A stretch of DNA of 64,000 nucleotides from IMG/VR virus record IMGVR_UViG_2061766007_000920. The stretch is one strand, 5' to 3'. The notes under the pieces are model-generated. The model worked only from the letters and a program-made list of their open reading frames with translations. It did not search any database and was not told the DNA's origin. The DNA comes from an uncultured virus (IMG/VR IMGVR_UViG_2061766007_000920). Lineage: Duplodnaviria > Heunggongvirae > Uroviricota > Caudoviricetes. The first letter of the stretch is position 1. The number at the start of each line of letters is the position of its first letter. This document shows positions 57,180 to 64,000 of the stretch, in pieces. A program made the position numbers and the translations under genes.

Positions 57180-60100
57180 TTACTTATCTTCATCGCATGG
57201 CTTACCTAATATTTTCGTCGCAAACTCTGGGTCTTTTAAAGTCAAATTTCTATACATCTGTTCTGCTTTATCTCCCGTGATTACTTTTACAATATTTATT
57301 GAAGGATTAAAGCCAAAGCCATATCCTTCTTTCCCAACCACCAACACAGGAACGTCTTCTTGCGATTTATCGTATGTTACTATCAATTTCTCACTCATTT
57401 CTTGTCGCCTTTCTTCCCTTTAACTGATTTAATACCTCAACTACGAATCTTACATCTTTTTCATTCCTGCGCCAAGCATCGTAGCCAGAAACATTAAAGC
57501 TTCATATCTAGTCATATCTGTTTCTTTCTGTGCTACTTCAATGAATTTATTTATTTCACGGAGCGCTTTGCGAAGTTCAGTCTCGCTCCCACCCATCAAT
57601 CCAATAAATTCATTTTCTTGAGCCTTTCTAAGTTCATCACGTTCTTTGTTTGTCATATCGGTTCTCCTTTCGTAATATCAAAGACTTCTTTACAAAAACA
57701 ATGTTACCCTATAAGGGCAACATTGTCAACACGTTTCTTCCATTATTTCAAAATATTACATGTCAATAGCTTATTCCTGTCTAGTGTTTTGTACAATTTT
57801 CTTCGCTTCTTCTTTTGCTTTCCTAACTCCATCAATAAAGCCTTGTTGATATGCGCCCCATTCCGAATCTGAATACTTCAACTGGTCGCCATATTTTCTC
57901 CATGGAGTAGGAATATCAATATCATGTATTTTCACCCTAACAACATCATTACTCAAAGCTTTCTTTGCAATTTCAGCCTCTCTTTCAAGTCTTTTCAGTT
58001 CAACTTCATTCTTTGATGCTATATATGTTATACCTAATACTACCAATCCAATTATCACAACTACTATTACTATTGTTATTGCCATATACATTCCACGTCT
58101 CCTTATTTACTTAAATCAATTCCAAAAGCATTAGTTTTCACATATACTTTCCCATTTACATCTTGAAAAATAGGCTCAGTACATCCATATTCAATAAGCT
58201 CATATCCATCCTTGATTATATTGTCGTGACTATCTGAGACATAAGCTATCAACTCATTGGTATTTGCATCTACAACGCATCTATTCATTCTTTCACCTCA
58301 TTCATCTGCTTCAATACTTCGGCTATTTGTGGATAGTTTTTACCAGTTTTAACCCAATAGTCATTGAATGTATGCTTGTCTATAATAAACTGACTTCCCC
58401 CATCAGTGAAGCACTCATATCTGTTCCAAGCGTCTATGTGATGAACCACTGCTTTGCTGTCGGTTAGTTCTGAATAGATTTCATCTCCAACATGAACGAT
58501 TTTATCATTAGTTTGTTTAAGTAGCTGTTCTTCTACAGCCGACACATCTTCTATAAAAGACTTTGATACCTCTTCGTCTGTACAAGCGCAATGTACCTCA
58601 CTATTACTTTTCACGCCACCATTCATTCTAGCCAACTCATCCGCTATCGTTGCTAACTGCGTTACAATTAACCCAAGATATGTTGTCTGTTGAGCTTCGC
58701 AACTCAAGTCTAACTTCCTCATATCTTCTACTAATTTGTTCAATCCCTCTAAATATGTCATGCTTTTACCTCCCGTTCCGATAATAAGTTGTTTATCATG
58801 GATGTGATGGTGTTAAGACAGCTATTCCAACCTGCTGAATACTCGTTCATAAAATCAACTTCACGTTCTTCTGCCATGACCTGCTCTTTCAGCTTCTCAA
58901 GATAAGGCTTGATTATAGCTTGCTCTAACGGCTTGCAGTGAAAATCAATTTTTACTCCTGCATACTCCAAATCCATGTGTTCGGGCATTGTATCACCATC
59001 TTCTAACTCAAATTCAGCTATCCATTTACTCATTCCTTATCCTCACTTTCTGCCTTGTGTTCTTTAACTACAATACAATTATCTGGACAAGTACAATAAC
59101 TACAAGATGGATAATCTTCATGTATATAATATTTGCAGTTATGCTTTTTACATACTGATTTCCACCACTCTTCAACTCGACCAGTTATTCTACTTTTCAT
59201 TACTTGCCCTCACTTTCATGCTTTCACCACCTTCGCATTATTATATCTAAACTGCTTGCACACCTTCACGGCTTCTTCTTTTGAATTGAACCACCTCGCA
59301 TTGTTTCTGTATAATGTCCATTTCCCGCCGTAGCCGCTTATACGCTTATCTTGCAAGTAAATTGTTGAATGGTTGTAAGGCGAAGTAGCTTGAATTATGT
59401 ATATATCATTTGTCGGGTGAACTCTCCCGAGAATGTCGCGTTCTTCGCTTACTAAATCTTCGGCGTATAAGTACGGGTCAACGTCGCTTAAATATTCTGT
59501 TTCACACCCCATTATTTCGCCTCCGTTAACGCTTTTACTACTTCTTCTATATCTACACTTACGATATATGGTTCGTCTGAACCCCCTATAAAAATAGATG
59601 TTCCCACGACTTCAATACCTTGTACATACTTACGCGTAACCGCATCTACTCTGTCGGGGTTAAAGTATGCCCCGTCTATTTTAACTAATCTCATTCTTTT
59701 ACCTCCACTCAATTTTATATACCGTCTGTACATATGCCTTTTTAGACCAATCCATAAAAGTTCCGCACTTGTCACAAGCGATATCCCCTCGCCATATTAT
59801 TTTATTGCATTTAGGGCAAGTATATTTTATTTGCATGTTGTTATCCCTACCATCATTGCCATTATCATATATAATCTCTGCACAAGGGCGAATTTTATTC
59901 ATTCTTTCACCTCCTGTTCTGATAATAGTTTTTTAATAATCTCGATTGCTTTCAATAGCCCCTCGTCGTAGGCTTGAACCTCTCTTTCGCCTGTGCCACT
60001 ATACTTTATCGCTTCGGCTTCTATGGCTTCAAGATAGGGCTTAACTATATCCTGCTCAGAAAAAGAATGAATACGCCCTATCTGACTTTTAAATGCTATA

Positions 60101-63100
60101 TCCTCATAATGGATGCTGTCTCCTTGTAATATAGGTGCTATCGGTGCGTTAACATATACAATTTCTCTTGTTTCTATAAATTCACGCTTTGCCATTCCTT
60201 ATCCTCACTTTCTGCCCGCTCATAGCATTCACAAATATTCCTCTTACCATTATCTCCAAATGGGTAAGATGCTGTTTTCCCAAGTTCGCAATACGGGTAT
60301 AACATATGGCTAAAATATTTAAGCCTATCATCTTTAACCACTTCATATCTTACGTGTTTGCATTTTTCTGATACGCAATTCATACTCCCTCGCTTTTTGT
60401 CTTGTATTTGTCGATAATCTGTAATACGCCGTATAACGTCATACCTTTTTCATGGTTATTAACTCCGTGTACTATTGGATATGCGTTTTGTTCTATTTCG
60501 GCTCTTATCTTGTCAAGCACTTCACGTTCAATGTATTTCTGCTTGATTACGGAATACAGGTCTATTTCTACCATTGGCTTAAACGGCTCTTGTGGTGTTA
60601 CTCTCGGTAACGCTCTGATTTTATCCATGCTTTCAGATACATCTTTTTCAGTGATGCTTCTGTCAAAATCATACGGTATACTCATTAGATTTCCCATTAT
60701 TTCAAATACGCTTGCAACACTTACTGCATCCTTGCAAGGCTCTTGCTCTAATGCCTTGCACGCCACATAAAGAGCTTCTTTGATAGGGTGTTTGCTTTGG
60801 CACTCATTCTCCCAAGTACGCAGTTCTTCGTTTAGCCACAGTATTGCTTCTTCCCTTGTCATTTCCTCTCCTCACTTTCTGCTTTGTACTTGTCAATTTT
60901 CTGTTGAATAAGCTCACCGCATCTTTCAACAGAATGGTTATACCCTAGCCCCCATTCGCTTAAAATGTTATCTTCACTGTGAGTAAGTGATTGTTCCTCA
61001 ATCTCCAACTGCGCCTCAGTAAGTATAGCCACCATATCAGCCTTCAAGCGGCTTTCGTAATCTTTTTTAAAAGAATCATAGGCTTCCTTAAACGCTTTTA
61101 CCCTAACTCGTTCTAATACATATGCCTGTTGTGCCGCGGTAGTCCATGCTTTTGTAATATCTGCTCCGTATAAAACATAGTTTTTAGCATAAACATAAGC
61201 TGTCTCTAATACCATTGTCGATTCTTCTGATAATTTATCTAATAATTGCTGTCTAACATTATCGTCTGTATTATTTTTCATCTTCACACACTCCGCATTT
61301 CTTTAGTATTTCATCTAATCTTGCCAAGCTGATATTGATAAATCCTTCATGCTCATATTTCATCATTTCTTGAATTGCTTTATATACATTGTCTTTTGGG
61401 ATTGCTTCTACTGTTCCTTTTTCACTTACAAAATACTCGATATTACTTCTAGTGATTTCATCTATCGCATCATTTCCGAAATAATCGAATAATACGTCAA
61501 TATCAATCAATCTCCCCATCTTCCATCACCTCTAATATTCTTCTTTCAATGTCACTCATTTCATCAAAGGATAATTTTTTTAATGAATCGGCTATTTCTT
61601 CTATCTTCTGATACTTGCACATGGTATCTTTGGCTGTCTGCAATGCTTCAATCATATCTGAATAGGCTTTATTAAGTGATGTGCTTGCTGTCCATGTTCC
61701 TCTAACGTCTGTTCCGACAACCTCTCCGCTAGACACGTTTTCATCTATCAGCTTTTGATATGCGCCAATAGAAAAATCTAATTTATGTATGCAATCATCA
61801 ATCGTCATTCCCATCTTCTATCACCTCTTTGATTTTATTCACCAATATCATTGAATTTTCATCATCATCCCATGCTTTTACAATCTGTTCTATCTTCTGA
61901 TGCTTACGCATGATATCTATTGCTATTTTAAATGCTTCGGATATATAAATTGCTCTTGGTTCTCTTCTTTGATGCATATAGTTATGGTTGTCTATCCGTC
62001 TAATAGCTTCATCAATTGTCATTCCCATCTTCTATAACTCCTTATCTGCAATACCTACAGTGAATTGTCCATATCCTATCTGTATTGTTAAATGGACAAC
62101 TCCGCAACAAGCAACATCTGCACGGTCTCTACCAATTCTTATATTTAATCCGCAAAAATCTTCATTTATTATCCATGCTATAAAGAATCTCCCAAAGGTT
62201 CTGCTCCAATCAAAGTCATTCATGTTTATACTCCTTTAGCTTTCCATATTATCAAAAATGTCTGCAACTAATTGAATTGCATCTTCCTGTGCCTTATCAT
62301 CTTGATAAATATATTCACTTCCACATTCTTCTGCCAATGGGTGTTTTTCTACATATCCTGCTATAAGTGCTTTAATTTCTTCCATATCGTAAATCATTCC
62401 TTGTCCTCACTTTCTCTCTTTAACTCTCTGCATTGAACTTTATCCCACTCTTGGCAAAATGAACTATCATTTGAATTATCAAACTCAAATTTAGCTCCTT
62501 CAATAGCTTCTTCTTTATTATTTGCCATTTCTGTATACTCTTTTATCAACTTGACTTTATATGTTTTCATGCGTTCTCGCTTTCTGCTTTGTATTTGTCG
62601 ATAATCTGCATAGCTACTTCCAATCCACTTGCAAGCGCATTTTTGACAATTCTAGTATCTTTATCTATAAATCTTGCCTTATCTATCTCTGCTCTTATCT
62701 TGTCCAACACTTCCCGTTCAATGTATTTCTGCTTAATAACGGAATATAGGTCTATTTCTACCATTGGTTTGTCCTGCTCTTGCTCTAATGCTTTGATGAT
62801 TTTCTCGCAATTATCAGCGTCTATAACATCCATTACGCCATGGATGTTATATGCTAGTCTGCGCAACATTTCTATTGTTCCGACACAACTTTTAATTTCT
62901 TTATTTGTCATTCTTTCACCTCCGTTGGTTTGTAGCTTTTCGGCACATCATGATTATCAAAAACATATCCATCACATTTATCTGCATCAATAGGTGTCAT
63001 AGTTTTCCTATAGTAGCACCCATGTCCATACCCTTCAAAATATTCCCACTCTGTACATTCTTCACATTTTTTTGCCATCTTCCCGCCGTCTCCTATTAAT

Positions 63101-64000
63101 TACTGCGTACTTTCTTATTTCCTCTATACATTCTTTATTTAGTCGAATTTCTCTTTCACAATCGGGGAACAAAGCCTTTATCAAATTCTCCATAAGGTTA
63201 AGACTTTTCCTCTTGCCCTGTGCCGTGTTCCGCAAGAAGTCAATATATCCAATAAGATTTCCGATTTTCTCCTCTAAGTCCTCTTTTGCCTGTATCTCTC
63301 GCTCTTGGCTATCTCTTTCTTCCTCTAACATATCGCCTATAAGTGCTTTAGCATAATAAAAGCCTTCAATAAAGCTAGAATTTATATCAATTTTGTCAAC
63401 GTCCTCATATTTGTACTTTTCTAAATAGTCTAAGATTATCCTTTTTGACCGTTTCGGAAGTTGAGGCGAAACTAACCGTAAATCTCCTAAATCAAAAAGC
63501 GCTAATTTCATTCCTTACCCTCACTTTCTGCCTTGTATGGCTGTGGTAACGGCATCCAAGCGACTACATCCTGCCGAGCAAACCAATTCTTATCACTATA
63601 CCAACAAGTTTTTGAGTATCTTCTATTATGCTCGTTTTTTACGCTAACAAGATATAACCCTTCTTTCTTGGGCAATCTCTTAGTAACAGGAATCCAAGTC
63701 GAACTCTCTAGCCCTTTGATTGCAAGGCTTAGAATTTCGTCAAAATCTCTCCCAAATTCAGCCTTATCCTGTTCGCCCATTCCCTCGAAGTTCTCTTCGA
63801 GTAGTTTTTTTTGTACAAATGGTTTTACAATTTTAGTAAAATCCTCAATTAGCTCTCTTGTCATTCCTCGCCCTCCCTCATATCTGCACCGCAATTCGGG
63901 CAAAAATCACTTTTTATTGCGTGTTTCGGAGAATTGCCGCATCTTGAACACCTAGCCGCAATCACAGTTCCGTTTTTATTTTTTATATCTATCCAATGCC
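57180..64000 (-). other. - strand microgene array (~25 ORFs)
   Basis: Abutting ORFs e.g. 57771-58091, 58285-58761, 58758-59033, 59216-59512, 59899-60195, 60380-60862, 60859-61287, 61271-61519, 61503-61820, 61798-62028, 62567-62911, 63062-63511; shared junction motifs. Confidence 0.72.
63508..63864 (-). CDS. DUF551-domain protein
   Basis: MTRE start; WIPVTKRLP...VVAWMPLPQPYKAESE. Confidence 0.8.
   Translation of the reverse strand: MTRELIEDFTKIVKPFVQKKLLEENFEGMGEQDKAEFGRDFDEILSLAIKGLESSTWIPVTKRLPKKEGLYLVSVKNEHNRRYSKTCWYSDKNWFARQDVVAWMPLPQPYKAESEGKE

Larger units (their letters stand above)
30539..64000. mobile_element. Partial genome of a second, larger tailed phage (phage B)
   Basis: Tail proteins, tail fibre, holins, endolysin, DUF3310 and DUF551 microgenes; no host genes; capsid/terminase not in window. 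Confidence 0.8.

Noticed and set aside
31041..63535. CRISPR array from the recurring ~23-bp motif
   Set aside because: Copies are degenerate, hundreds of bp apart, separated by ORFs, and there are no cas genes
1..64000. tRNA, tmRNA or rRNA genes
   Set aside because: No cloverleaf/T-loop or rRNA-like segment recognised; tRNAscan-SE or Aragorn would be needed to exclude them

Overview
The window joins two unrelated Firmicutes (probably Clostridia/Lachnospiraceae-type) phage sequences across an artificial 10-N gap at 30529-30538. Bases 1-30528 are a near-complete ~30.5-kb temperate siphophage in its excised form (intact attP). It carries HNH-portal-minor head-TerL-scaffold-capsid, a lambda-like tail with a -1 frameshift, holin/GH25 lysin, integrase, CI/Cro switch, recombination/replication genes, a two-domain glycosyltransferase, a late activator and a packaging HNH. 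Bases 30539-64000 are part of a second, larger phage: a very A-rich + strand arm of microgenes ending in a membrane protein/FtsK/tyrosine recombinase operon, converging on a - strand arm with microgenes, two TnpB-family IS pieces, tail proteins, an unexplained five-gene cassette, lysis genes and a 1037-aa tail fibre. Most notable: (i) an invertible receptor-binding-protein C-terminus with no adjacent invertase; (ii) a glycosyltransferase paired with identical Ser-Ala C-termini on capsid and tail tube (candidate virion glycosylation); (iii) a T15 tract forming the spacer of the lytic promoter; (iv) two sequence-unrelated but architecturally identical three-way-junction leaders with anti-RBS loops; (v) a microgene array built from repeated junction and module sequences shared by both phages; (vi) an orphan omegaRNA-type IS remnant that rebuilds the promoter it interrupted; (vii) the five-gene cassette and the FtsK-recombinase operon. 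All protein calls come from motif recognition and synteny, not database searches.
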